NCBI RefSeq assembly: GCF_008831285.2
Contig: NC_045138.2
Coordinates: forward strand, 11,036,001-11,100,000
From: Nymphaea colorata
Taxonomy: Eukaryota
Direction: 5' to 3'
DNA length: 64,000 nucleotides
Shown here: positions 51,801 through 64,000 of the stretch, piece after piece
How positions within the stretch are numbered: the first letter of the stretch is position 1
Layout of the letters: the number at the start of each line of letters is the position of its first letter
The notes under the pieces: model-generated
Told to the model about the DNA's origin: nothing
Seen by the model: the letters and a program-made list of their open reading frames with translations, nothing else
Database searches by the model: none
Position numbers and translations under genes: made by a program

Positions 51801-53760
51801 AACTGTTTCTGATAGAAACAAATATTTTTCAGATTTGTTGAACTTGTGCCTTGGGGCACTAGACTTGTGCTTGGGCATACAGAACTTGCACTTCGTTGCA
51901 TATAAATCACACTTCAATGCATGGAAACTCGGGCCCTGATACATGAAACTCATTTTTAGGTACACAAATCTTGCACTTTTGTGCATATGAATTGTGCTTT
52001 GATGCACATAACTCACAATTGGGCACATAGAAGTTGTGCATTAGCACATGGAGATTTCAAAACTGTCGGAACTTTCAAAACTATTGTCTAGCAAATTGAG
52101 ATTTTGTAGAAATTGAGCTTTTGAATTTTAAAATCCCAAAGCTTTTAAATTTAAATCAGTACTTTGATGACAATAGAACCGCAAATTTTCAAATATTGCA
52201 ACCTAATTAAGAACATGCCAATGTGACTTTGATGTCTTTTTAAGGTAAGAATGGTTCTACTTAAAATGTGAAGGTCTCAATTAAAGGATTCAATGAAATT
52301 GAGGGAGTCAAAGCCTAGAAAATGTCACTAACTTTGCGGCCAATTGCATGATGAGACCCAATACGAATTTGCATGAGAATAATGATCCCAACCAGACCAA
52401 GCAAATGATACCGAGTGTTGAGAGATGGTGTTTACATACAAAATTTGCATTACATACAAACCATCAAATGAGAAAACTACTTGTATTCGCCTCCATAAGA
52501 TCATGCATGAATCCATGAGGGAGGGGACCCACACCCTCGGCATGAGATTTGATTATTCCTGGTGCTTTTCCAGGGTTAATTAGACTATGGACTAGACTTC
52601 ATGTAGGTTGTAGGAATTCATTATCATCTTAAATCCTAAGGAAGCATATGTGCCATGATTTTTCAGAAAAAATGCAATTTTAAAATGGAATGGACTATCA
52701 TAATGAGAATCCATGAACTAAAGCTCAACAATGGTCTATGCAGAAAGAGCCTAAACAACCTCTCTTAGGTAGTTCAATTTAGCTCGTATCAATTAAAATT
52801 GAACTACATGAACCTATTTCTAAATAAATGATCCAATTTTACCTTAATTATGTAAACAGTTTCAAACAAAGCTCATATGTAGCTTATGTCAACTCAAGGA
52901 ACTCACCGTTAGTTGCTCATGAAGTTCAGCCTCTTGGAACTACTTCAATTTAGTAAAACCCTATCATTAGGACAAACTCACTATACTCAGTAAATCTTAA
53001 ATTTAATCCTAGCTCAATCGAGTGTAGTTTAGTCCAAATTGACTTTGCCATCACATTTAGCATACCATTAGAGAACAAATGTTCCGAAAGCAAATCAATT
53101 CATTGCTCCCCTTCCACTAGGCTCAATCATGTTACCATTTTAACTTAGGGATTGTCTGGTAATGTGAACAATTTATTATTGTTTCATGAATCTACTCCAA
53201 AGATTGGAACAAATCATAGAACTTCATAACATAGTGTTATTGAATCTGCCCCAGTCTTTGGGAAAGATTTATGGAACAATAACAAACTATTCTCATTACT
53301 AAAAAGCCTCTTAAAGTATCCTCTAGATTGTCTTGCTCTTCGGTCCGTCATGACTGGGCAGCTCTAATTTGAATATCAAAGCTTCCATTCAAAATTTAGT
53401 TCACATTTCCCATCACTCTAGTATGCTTTTTCCAAAAGTGGACCAGACAATTTCTAAAAACTCAAGTTTTGGATAAACCGAGAACAGTTTTAATGTAAAA
53501 TTCTATTTACAATTGATTGTTCTATGTTCTTCAATGCAATATCCTTTATATCATGCAATTATAACAAAAAACGGACATGAACATGAAGGGCAAAATGGAC
53601 ATGACATCCAAGGGTAGCTTGGTCTCTTGTATAAGTCACATATTTTCCCTAAATCTTGAACCTAGGTAGCATGTATGTTCAGAATAATTATAAAAATAGA
53701 CTCAATTCATGTCATACTTAGCCTACTAAACTAACCTGGCTCATTCTAAGTTAAATTAGA

Positions 53761-53955
53761 TAGTGGCAGAACTAGGAATTTTTCACTAGGGAGGGCTGAA
53801 TTATAATTTCAATATTTTTATTGGAGCTGAAACATAAATTTTTCAATATTTTATATCGGCTCAATGAATTTTTTTATAAATTGCATATAGAATATTAAAA
53901 AAGGTTTTTTTTATGGGGCGCCATGACCCCAGCCAGCCCCCTGGCTCTGCCCCTG
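53761..53955. mobile_element. hAT-type MITE (same TIR class as 13557 and 14936)
   Basis: Termini are TAGTGGCAGAAC and GCTCTGCCCCTG. The flanks AAATTAGA / AAACCTGA match at 5/8. Confidence 0.6.
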
Positions 53956-56117
53956 AAACCTGACCTAGAGCATGATCCTTGACTAAGAACAAACTTTGAC
54001 CTCACCTAGTTTGAATCTAATTTATTTGTTCTGAGCCTGGTCAACCTTGTTTGAGTTAATCTAGATCTAGCCAAGTAGACCCAAACCTATGTACTGAAGC
54101 CTATGACCCTTTTAAACTTAGTGTACACTCAACCCAGACCCAACAGAGCCTAGGTGGACCCAAATAGGACACATCCAAGCCATCTACGATCCAGTCCTGG
54201 ATCTGATTCTATCACTTATATTTGAATTCAAGATAATGGTTGATGCTTTTCTAGATTTTAGGTCTCAATCTTTGTTTTAGAATCAAATCCAGATCAGGAT
54301 TCACCTTCTACTTCAGATTTTAATCATGACATTAGCTTTCTTATCCAATTCTCCATCCAGTTCTATGTATGGGTCTAAGATCCAACTTTCAGAAGTTAGC
54401 CAAGCTCAATGAACCTGGTTCATTTTGTCTACATGAGATGGTGTCACCCTTTGAAATCCATATGTAGATAATAACTTTCTTATTCAATTCCAATAAAGAA
54501 CCAAATTGATAAGATTTAGCTATTTCATCTCCAAAATTCAAGCTTCACCATCCATCTCAGGTTTATCTCTTGGTGATGGCACTTATTTAAAAATGCCCAA
54601 AGTATCCCCAAGGTGGTGCCCAACTGTATCCTCGAATATTCAATTAAATTTTCTGTACAACAATTAAAATATAAAGTTATTCATTATCAAGCAGTGATGC
54701 ATGGCACATTAATCTCATTGTACCCATCCAAATTACTATGAATTTCATAAAATAAAGTCTCATAATTACCAACAACCCACAAATGTGGCACCAACCACAG
54801 AAGATCTGATTCATCCATGGGAAGATCTGGTAAGGGGTTGATTGGACCTAATGACAAAGATAGGATATGATAAACACTAAAGGTTGGATCTAATTAAGTT
54901 AGTTGAGATTTGATGAGCTCTTGCAATTGGATCCAAATGTTATCCTTGGGATCCCATTCAATAGGATTGTGCCATGTGTATTACTTAATCCTAGCTACCT
55001 ACTTTCAATTGAATTGCCAAATGCCTCAATTCAAATCCATAAGTAGGAGCTCGAGCTCCTTTCTTCACCACATTTTGCTACTTTTAGAAGAAGAAAATCA
55101 TGTCAGGTATATGCATCTATGATTTTGAGCATTGGTAATGGAAGATAGCAACCATGGCTCTTTGATAAGTTGTTTTAGCATTCTTTAATCTAAATGGTAT
55201 TACTGTGCAATAGAAAGTGCCCCAAGGCATAGCAAAGGCGGTTTTGGACTGATCCTTGACTACCAATTTGATATGGTTGTAGCCCGAATATTCATCCATA
55301 AAAGAGAACATGGCGTGGCTTTATTCAAGTCTCGAAAGTCAATACATAGCTTGACTTTACCATTTTTCTTGGGAATAATCACCATATTAGTCAACCATTT
55401 GGGGTAATTGATGACGTGAATGAATTTTGCCTTTAGCAGGTCATCTAATCCTTCTTTTATAGGTTTTTCTAGTTGAAGATCAAGTTTGCATAGTTTTTGT
55501 TTCATTGCCTTGCATTTGGGACTTAGAGACAAATAATGTTCAACCAACTAGGCGTCTAAGCCTAACATATCTTCATAGGTCTATGCAAAAACTTTTTGGT
55601 GGCTTATAAAAAAGTCTACCAACCTTTTCCTTTCTTCTATTGACAAACGGGTGCCAATTTGAAGGATCCTAGAACTTTCACTAATTCTAATGTTAATTTC
55701 TTCAATTGGATGATTAACAAAGCATGAAGAACACTTTTGTTTCTGGATCTGAGTAAATTCTAGTAATTTTGACTCGAGTGTTATTGTTTGTAGGTTCTAT
55801 TTCATCAACTGCTTGTTGGAAAAATGCTTTTTGACGGGACTCTCGAGAAAAAAGAAAGAACTGAGGCATGTTGAGTTCTAACATCCTATAAGGAGGAGGA
55901 CAAAGTAAAATCGAATAAAATTAAAATTAATAATCATAACGAAAGATTACTTGCATTGCTTATAGAAACTTCTTAGTTCATAGAGAGGGTCCTCTCATAA
56001 GATTAGATAAGTACAAGTTGAGATCACAAAATTCATGGGAGGATTTCAAAAAAAAAGGTGAATACTATCAACCAACATGGTCTTCTTCAAACTTCTCTGG
56101 GGTATCTCAATCCTCCA

Positions 56118-57752
56118 GGGCTTGTTTGATGGATAGGAAGAATTTAACATTGTAAATTTTTTTGGAAAAATTTACAAGATGAAATTTTTCTCTCTTCCAA
56201 TCTGAGGGCCTGTTTGATGCACAGGAAGAATTTAACATGGTAAATTTAACCATGTTTGATGCACATGGTAGAAAAACGGAGAGACTTTTTTCATAACATT
56301 TAGTAGTTGTTTTTTTTCTTTTCCTCCCCACTTTGACGTGGGAAGAAATTGGAAGATACCTTCCTGTTGAATATGTGAACTGCAATTTTTATGGTTGGTT
56401 ATAAAGTGCCCTATCGATTAGTCAGAAACAGAAATAATCAGCTTACGGATGATGTAATGTCAATATGTCATCAATGGGATCCTCTGAAATATCAGAAACA
56501 AACACATTTTCTCAGCATTTCTATCACTTGAAGTGAATTTCTCAAATCAAATTATCAGAACTTCTGTGTGGAACATTGGCTACAACTTAAGAAGAACAGT
56601 GAAAATCAAACATGGCGTAGCAGTTGCTACATCAATAAAAACTATTGAACCAACAATATACAGAATACAACTGAAAATATTAACAGAGACCACAAAGAGA
56701 GCCTAGCAAAGGTGGACATTTAGACCCAGGAACCCCCATTTTGAATGTGACCTTCTTGAAATCTCATATTCTGCATAGTGCTGCAATCACGGTGTTGTAT
56801 GCAACCACATCTGGTTTGCACCAGAATTGCTTCATTATGTAGAATGCCATCAACGCTTCCTTCACCAGGCCTTCCTCCCCCAGCACCTTGATGACAACAG
56901 TTATAGTAGTCGTCTTCACCAGCTCATTTGGGACACCCCTTTTGCTCATTTCGTGAAGAAATCGCCACAACTTCTTCAAGCAGTTTGCTTTTGCCAACAC
57001 GTAGGCCATCTCTTTGCAAGTGATGTTAGTGTGGGAGAAACCTCCCTCTGATTCACGCCCACCAATACTCTCAGTTGATCTCTATAGGCAGCAGGACCAT
57101 AAATTCTAACTCCATTGCTTGAATCCTTATATTCTTGCCACAGATTCCTTTGTTTCAAAGGAGACCTTCTCTTGAAGCCCTTCTGGCATCCAACCGACCT
57201 TTTGCTCTGGAAATAAATCCTCGGAAAGGACCACAAACATGCTGCAACCAAATCCTCATTCCGTAGATTGGAAGCCTTAATACCCCCAAAACCCTTGTTA
57301 TCAACAATAACGGCCATTACATCCTCTAGTTTCCTCGAGAAAATGCAAGAACAAGAAGGAGCTGGAAGAAAGGTCCATGTTGGGTCGCCCTGACCGTTGT
57401 TTCCTGCTTCAGGTTGACACGTATGAATTGGCCTGCACGAAGTCGTCATGCTTATGAGGAAACTGACGGAGAAGATGAAATGGGTGCAAGAGAGAGATAG
57501 AGAAAAAATCGATTTGGGTGTTTCTGAAAAAGGGACACAGCGAGAAAATGGAGAAACCCTTACTTGAGAGTTTTAGTCGAGCGGGTGAGAAAGCAACATG
57601 TCAAGCGGGTGAAATTTCACCTGCTCCCTTTTACATTAAACGGGTGAAATTTTACCCTGTTTGTTGTGTTTTTAGTCGAGCGGGTGAAATTTCACCCACC
57701 CGTACATATTTCACCCCATCCTCTCATTTTATCCCAGCTATCAAACGGGGCC
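56118..57752. mobile_element. PIF/Harbinger (Tourist-like TIR) non-autonomous Pack element carrying a host gene fragment
   Basis: Left TIR is GGGCTTGTTTGAT (56118; second copy GGGCCTGTTTGAT at 56206) and right TIR is ATCAAACGGGGCC (57740-57752). The 3-bp flanks are CCA / CTA. A related GGT(G)AAATTT(A/C)ACC subterminal motif occurs at both ends. Confidence 0.72.
56710..57449 (-). pseudogene. Pentatricopeptide-repeat gene 5' fragment, At1g77405-like, frameshifted and truncated
   Basis: Reads SFPRIYFQSKRSVGCQKGFKRRSPLKQRNL...GPAAYRD, then after a frameshift GFSHTNITCKEMAYVLAK...TITVVIKVLGEEGLVKEALMAFYIMKQFWCKPDVVAYNTVIAALCRI*DFKK..MGVPGSKCPP. These motifs match my recollection of the Arabidopsis At1g77405 PPR N-terminus. 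There is a premature TGA at 56764-56766, and homology ends at ~56710. Confidence 0.85.
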
Positions 57753-60700
57753 CTAGTGTTCATCTAAAATGGGGATAATAATCGGTTGTAAGATGCTATT
57801 TTCATTTTTCTCGAGGCTAGAAAAAGACGGTAGCCACATTTCAAAAACAACAGAAATCCCTTAAGGTTTCTCACGAAAAGAGCATACAAGGGATGTTTTT
57901 TATAGTTCAAACGCTTGCTTTAGACCATGTAGGCACTTTCTGATGATTCGCCTACCTCTGTGCTTTGGATCCATTCTTCCAAAGGTGCTTCTTTTATTGT
58001 CCTTATGTTGAGTACGTCCACCAAGTTAATTGGTCTAGGGAGCATTGATTGTACCAACCTCTCAACCGGGTCTTCTACAAGTACGGTGATGATAGATGGG
58101 CCAAAATTCCACTTGAGGCATTGGTGAATAGTGGATGGGATACCTCACACTTCGTGGATCCAAGGCCGTCCCCAGAGCAAGTCATATGATGGGGGTACTT
58201 CCACTACATGAAATAAAATACAGTAAGTGGTGTGTCCGACGAACACGTCCATGATGAGGGTCCCTTTGCTATTCATGCTTCGACCATCATATCCATAGAT
58301 CTTAGTTTCATCGGGGCGATATTTGTCTTCACGGAAGCCTAAAGCCTTGGTTGTGAAATCAGGGCAAATATCGACCAATACATATGGTGTTATCTTATTA
58401 ACTTTGACAATGATGTAGAGAGCATCTTCATGGTAATATCCCCATTTTGGAAGATCATTTTTTTGTAAAAGTGATTGTCTTGTCATTTTAAGCTCAAATC
58501 CAGTCTTCCTTGATAAGATGTTATTCTAAAGAGATGACATCACCTAAATAATATAGATCCTTGTTTGAGGAGTCATATGATGACTTATCCATCACCATCT
58601 CGAAAGAGAAAAGTCTTTAGAATTATGGTAGAGCTTTTGGATGAACCTTCTACCACGTTGTTCATCATACCAATGAAGTCAAAAGGTTACTTACCTGATT
58701 AGTCACCATAACTTGGTGTGAATTGTTTCTACACAAAGTCGGATGTCCTCTTACGGATGATATGGGAGTGGAGCAACTACCGATTGTGGCAATTGTTGTC
58801 TTCCCATTATCAGGGAATGGATTCCTCAATACCTCAAGAATGTTATCTTCATCACTTTTGAGATCTTTGTTGATGAAATCTTGGATGATGTTCTTGAGAA
58901 CAAAGCAATTCTTGGTGTCATGACTAAGGGCACGATGAAACTTACACAATTTTTCTCTATCACTTTCCATCATTTTTGGAGGTTCTGAAACCTTTGGCAA
59001 GATGACAGTTCTTTTGGCAAAGAGGTATTCTAGAATATTCTTGCAAGATTAACTGAGGGGAGTGAACTTTTGATCGTAACTCCAACCTAGGTGTTTGTTC
59101 CTTCCTTCTTTGTTTTCCTTGAGCAGCTTCGTTTTTCTTGAGCAACTGTGTATTTTTCTTATGGTTTGTCTCTCTATCATGCTTATAAATGTTGTCATTG
59201 TCTTTTTGAGTGTTGGCATTTGCAACAAAGTGGGTGGGTAACCATGTTTTTCCTCCTTTTTACCCTCTTCTTTTTTACTTGGATGCGATAATTTCATCAA
59301 AATTGTCTTCTTCAATTCCTTCCTCTATTGAATCTTCTTGTTCGATCAACTTGGTCGAGGTCTTGATTAGAGCATTTCATATTAGACTTTTCAAGAGTTG
59401 GACAAGATTTTACCTGATAAGTGATAGAGCTTGTGTTTCGAAGATAGACTCTTTCATCTTGTTGCATTAAATTCTCCATTTTTAGATAAATTTTTGAGCA
59501 TTTTCTCTTTGTTTTTTATAGATACTGCGAAGGACACTGTGGGTTGGAACCATGGAGACATTTTGCTCAAACCTTTCGATGAACATGTTAATAAATCTAT
59601 CAAATTTTTTAAGTTCAACTGGGATAACAATTTCTTTATACCATTGCACAGCAATGCCTTTGAGATTTGTTGAAAAGTAGCGAAACAATGCTTTGTTATT
59701 TGCCTAGATCTTGTAGCAATCCTTGATGGATGTTGAAAGGTGAACATGTGGGTAAGTAGTTCCATCATATTTGATGAACTTCTTAACAAACTATTTATGT
59801 TTTTGTCTTCTTCAATGCCTAGGTAATAATCCTCACACGAGTATGATCATTTTCTTCCCCCTGGGTTCAAGGTTGCTTATTGTTTTCTCCATTTCATAAA
59901 ACTTGCACTTAGTTGGAATTTCATCGTCACTTGATTTGCTTGACTTTGATCTTGTCTTTTTCTTTTCACCCTTGACTTCTTGTACTTTCCCTTCAGAACT
60001 CTCACTATCTGAACTGCTGTTTGGGGTATACGTCTTTGCCCTTTTGTCCTTCTTAGCAGGCTTTTTCTTGCTTTTCAGCTTCTCCTTCAAACTTTCACTT
60101 GAAATAGGGCTAGGTGAGTTGTTATCCTCTATGATTTCTTTTCCTTTTTTGTTTTCTTCGTCGTCTTCTTTTTCTTTGGTGGAAGCAATTCAGGCTTTTC
60201 ATCATTACTGGTTGTTGAGTTTGAATCTAAATGGTCTTTGTCCTGATTTGTAGGAAAAGACTTGTTTTTTTTTTGTTTGATCGGCATTTATTTTGATGGT
60301 TTTTGAAGTAACCATCAAGACCTTTTGTTCTTCTTACTCCTTTAAGAAGTGTTTCAAAAACAACCAGAATATATGATAACCTTCTGGTTCAATTGCTGGG
60401 AAGGCAAGTGTTTCTGACATATGATCAAAAGATGAAGCTTCGTTTTGAGTTTTGAGGGATATGATTAACTTATGCACTTGTTTCAACTATTCTATTGTCT
60501 TCAAATATTCACCTTGTAAAACAAAAAACTGAAGAGCCATTGAAGGGAAATCATGACAAAATAAAGGTTCACATTGTATTAAGAGCTTGAAAGTTACATT
60601 TAGAGAAAACATTAATTAATCAAAGATGACAATGACTGAAGACAAAATAAAGAATACAAAATTGACAATAGAAGTTTTTAAAGAAGGACGAATGGTGGTT

Positions 60701-62610
60701 GGTTGACATCCCACAACTTGGCGTATTCCTTCTTTACCACTGGGCCTATGAACCAAAAGTATGATAACTATGTCTTCAATTCTTGTCGAGCTACTGCAAA
60801 CAATGCCGCCCATTGAGGAGAGCTGAGGTCGAATTCAAGAATAGCTTTGATTGGTGCATGCACGGAAACCATCTTTTGTATCTAAAAGAATTGTCTCATG
60901 CATCTATCGGCACAATAATCAACTACAAAATAGGGGCCCAAGAGTGTGGTACGACCATAGTAATGGTGAGTAGATCTAGGTGGATTCTGATGATGATCAT
61001 AATAATTTCAAATGATATCTTCTCCATCTAGCTGCTCAATCGAACGATAGTATTATTCCAAAACTGTCAATGTTCCATCAGTATTTCTGAATAGACTAGC
61101 TTGAGGCCCTACGTGCTTGAGGAATGATAATTGTAAAGTATATGTGCATCCTTCCACATAATATGTGTCTCTGATGTTGAAGTAGGTAAGTCCTCGGTAA
61201 AGGAAAGCCAAGGTTGTCATTTGGGTCACTGACAAGTGTTGGGTCTGCTATGCCCCCATCTCTGAAAAAGTTGGGTAATACGAACAACTTGGAGGTTGGT
61301 TCTGTTGGTGAAGAGGGTCACTTCCACTATGCAAAGCATCATACAATGTTTGACTCTTTCTATGGCTTTTCGAGATAAGGTGAAAGACTCAACATAGGCT
61401 CTAAATTCTTCATATAGGTTTTTTAGATTGATGTTTTGGTTCTCATTGTTTTCTACTAAGAGCCAGCTTTTTGTCCAGTAAAGTGAGCTATAAGGTCGTT
61501 GCATTAACCTTAGTTGGGTTCATGAAAAATTATTTCTCCAATAGGTCATTTGGATCACAAGTTGGGGTAGGGAGGTCTAGTATTTCAACAAAAAGAAGAG
61601 GTCCTTGGGTTCAATCGCTTGGTAATAGCATGCACTAAATTTCCATCCCCTTATTGCATTTCTCCGGGTGCCATTGTCCCTAGCCCACATTCTTCAAAAT
61701 AAGAAAGAAACATTTGAGAGAATGTGAGATGCTACGACTGATACCATTTGGGAGACAATGGTCTAGACTCAAGGGAAACATAAGTAGACTGTTTGGGTCT
61801 TTCCTCAAAGACGATGTGATCATAAGGATATGTGATGCCATGTTGAAAAAAAACACATCTTGAGTGAAGACTCTGAAGGATAGAGATTTGATTAGTGAGA
61901 AAGATCGACAAAGTTAACAAGGATGATATAAGGTAGTTGTAAATCACCACATAAGCTTTTTGTGCAAATCTATCATGTAAAATAGATTTGAAGAAAAAGA
62001 GTATATGGGTCTAATTGAGATAACATTGCATCACGATAATCTAATATCAAGTTATGTTTATATACTTTAGCCAAATGGCTTAATAGTAGCATAGATTCTT
62101 TTTTAGGAAACTAAAGGTAAGGTTGCTCTACTTCTTCTTGGTCACCTATCAATATACCACAAATTACTACTCATGGTACTAACAATGGAGTTTTCCCACC
62201 CAATGTGTGGTAAGACTTAGTATTGTACTACCGTTTAAGACCAAGCTCAGCAATATGATGACCGAGACAAATTAGGATAGAAAGATTTGAAATATGAGCA
62301 AACATGCAAAGTCAGTTGTCTCTAATGTAATGTTGCCTAACATAGTAATTAAAAAATGATAGAAGAACATGCATGGTTTTTAATCAAGCCTTAAATTGAG
62401 GACAGTTGTATTTTACCTTAGATCTAGGTGAACATGCTTGGTCTTCCTCACTTAGTCTTATATACAAGAAAGCAAACATAACCCCAAGTAATGTAATGAA
62501 ATGCGATGACATTAAGGCCAAAGAAAGGGACATGCCTTAACATCGGCAAGGTGGGAGATGTTCAAGTTAGTAGAAATGCATTAGTAGTAATCATATCCAA
62601 AGAATGATGG

Positions 62611-62628
62611 GTCCCATCATGGTCGTCA
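62611..62628 (-). other. Primer-binding site, tRNA-Arg-like
   Basis: Minus-strand TGACGACCATGATGGGAC lies 2 nt after the LTR-terminal CA. It resembles TGGCGACC..., which is complementary to a plant tRNA-Arg 3' end and typical of Ogre elements. Confidence 0.6.
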
Positions 62629-64000
62629 TCTGTTTGCATCTTCAAAATTTATTTTAATTTTTGAAGTACTTTAGAAATATAAGATTTTGTTTTTGAAATA
62701 AGAGAGAAAGAGGCTTGCCCGTCGATACGAGGATTGACTATTCCCGGCCCCTTTACTAGGAGTAACCAATCCAAGGGCTATGCTTAATCTTGATGCATTT
62801 CATTTATACACATCTTCTTTATTCTAAATGCAGTGTAGTGTTTGGAAAATATTGAAGATTTGATGTTTCAAATTTTTGGATGACAAGATTTTGAATGATT
62901 ATTTGGGAGTATAAACCATTTTGATTTGAGAGATTTTTGAATTGAAAATTTTTTTTGCGAATATCATTTGAAAACCTTTGGAAGATAATATAGATATTTC
63001 AAAGATTACTTTTCGAAATCGATTAAGTATTCTCTAACGAACTTAAGTAGGTTTAAGATTTTGCTCTAATTCAGCTACTCCATAGGGCAGAGCTCAATTT
63101 CATCTTGCTTGAGTTCTTTTAGAGATGTGTTTGTAATCATTCATGAATTCCACAAGTGAATGTGAATGCATGAATACATTTGTTCTATTGATTGAAAGCA
63201 AATTATACATTCCTACCATATCATTCATCTAAAGATACCTCTATCGTCACATATATCTATATTTATTTACATGTTTGTCTTAAATATTGTCATAAATTAA
63301 AAAAAAAAAGTTGAAAGTAAAATAGGGTTGTAGACCATCAAGCATGATTCTAATATTGGGTCATTACTTGAGTTTTGGTCTTAGTAAAATCAATAAATGA
63401 AAATTAAAAACTTAGATCTTGATAAAGAAATATTTGAAAGAATGGAAGAAAGAAAAAGAAATCTTAAGCCAAGAGGAACAGGAAGGAAGAGAATGGCAAA
63501 GAGATTTTGAAAATGAAGAAAGAGAAATTTTAAAGACAAAGAGAGAGATGTATATGTGTGTGTATATATATATAGGTGTATAAACATGCGTATATGAAAA
63601 TTTATAAAATGAGGATCTTAAATCTAAGAGAAAGAAAGAGAGAGAAGAAAGAGAATTTAGAAAGAGATAGAGAAATATATATACATGTACATTCTAACAA
63701 TCATACATGGATATGAAAGTTTATAAAAAGAAGGTATTACTCAAAGAGAGAGAAAGAAGATTATAGAGAGAGAAACTGGAATGCCCATATATTATTTATT
63801 TATATGTATATGTATATAAAAATTTATAAATGAACATGTTAAATCATAGAGAGATGAAGGTAAGGATAGGTATTCATGTGCATGTATACACATATACATG
63901 TACATATGCCTATGCATTTATGGAAAAATTAAAAACAAGAGGTAACTTAAAGCATATTCAACTTTGATTTTTTTTTTTGTAGGCCGGAGAGGAACTTGGG

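Larger units (their letters stand above)
55117..64000 (-). mobile_element. Ogre/Tat-type Ty3 retrotransposon 3: 5' LTR, PBS, accessory ORF1, gag, protease, RT (decayed, 3'-truncated or interrupted)
   Basis: From right to left: LTR end ..AACA at 62631; PBS; PMD-like remnant LAFLYRGL...VEGCTYTLQL (61050-61500); gag FSTNLKGIAVQWY (59482-59688); knuckle CKFHRALSHDTKNC (58665-59000); protease VLVD...SYDLLWGRPWIH (58145-58486); RT CIDFRDLNKATP and FMDEYSGYNHI...PFRLKNAKTTYQRAM (55117-55547). Confidence 0.88.

Noticed and set aside
56710..57449. Functional PPR gene
   Set aside because: It has an internal deletion/frameshift near 57050, a premature stop at 56764, and is truncated after about two PPR motifs. 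It is also enclosed by TIRs.

Overview
Flowering-plant nuclear genomic DNA (AT-rich, spliceosomal introns, dense transposon debris). Two apparently intact genes were assembled by hand from splice sites. One is a PIRL4/5-type intracellular LRR gene on the minus strand (3 coding exons, 566 aa, 6307-8667). The other is a zeaxanthin-epoxidase-like FAD monooxygenase on the plus strand (10 exons, 511 aa, 38371-43121) that has a GC-AG intron and appears to lack the C-terminal FHA domain. The rest is mostly decayed TEs: a Copia remnant, three Ogre/Tat-type Ty3 remnants (extra RNase H, accessory PMD-like ORFs, tRNA-Arg PBS, 3' tandem arrays), a Tekay/Del-like LTR+gag, a hAT transposase fragment and several hAT-type MITEs. 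The most unusual structure is a ~1.6-kb PIF/Harbinger-like Pack-TIR element (56118-57752). It carries the 5' part of a PPR gene (At1g77405-like) and is nested between protease and RT of an Ogre-type retrotransposon. Family assignments come from remembered motifs, not from database searches.
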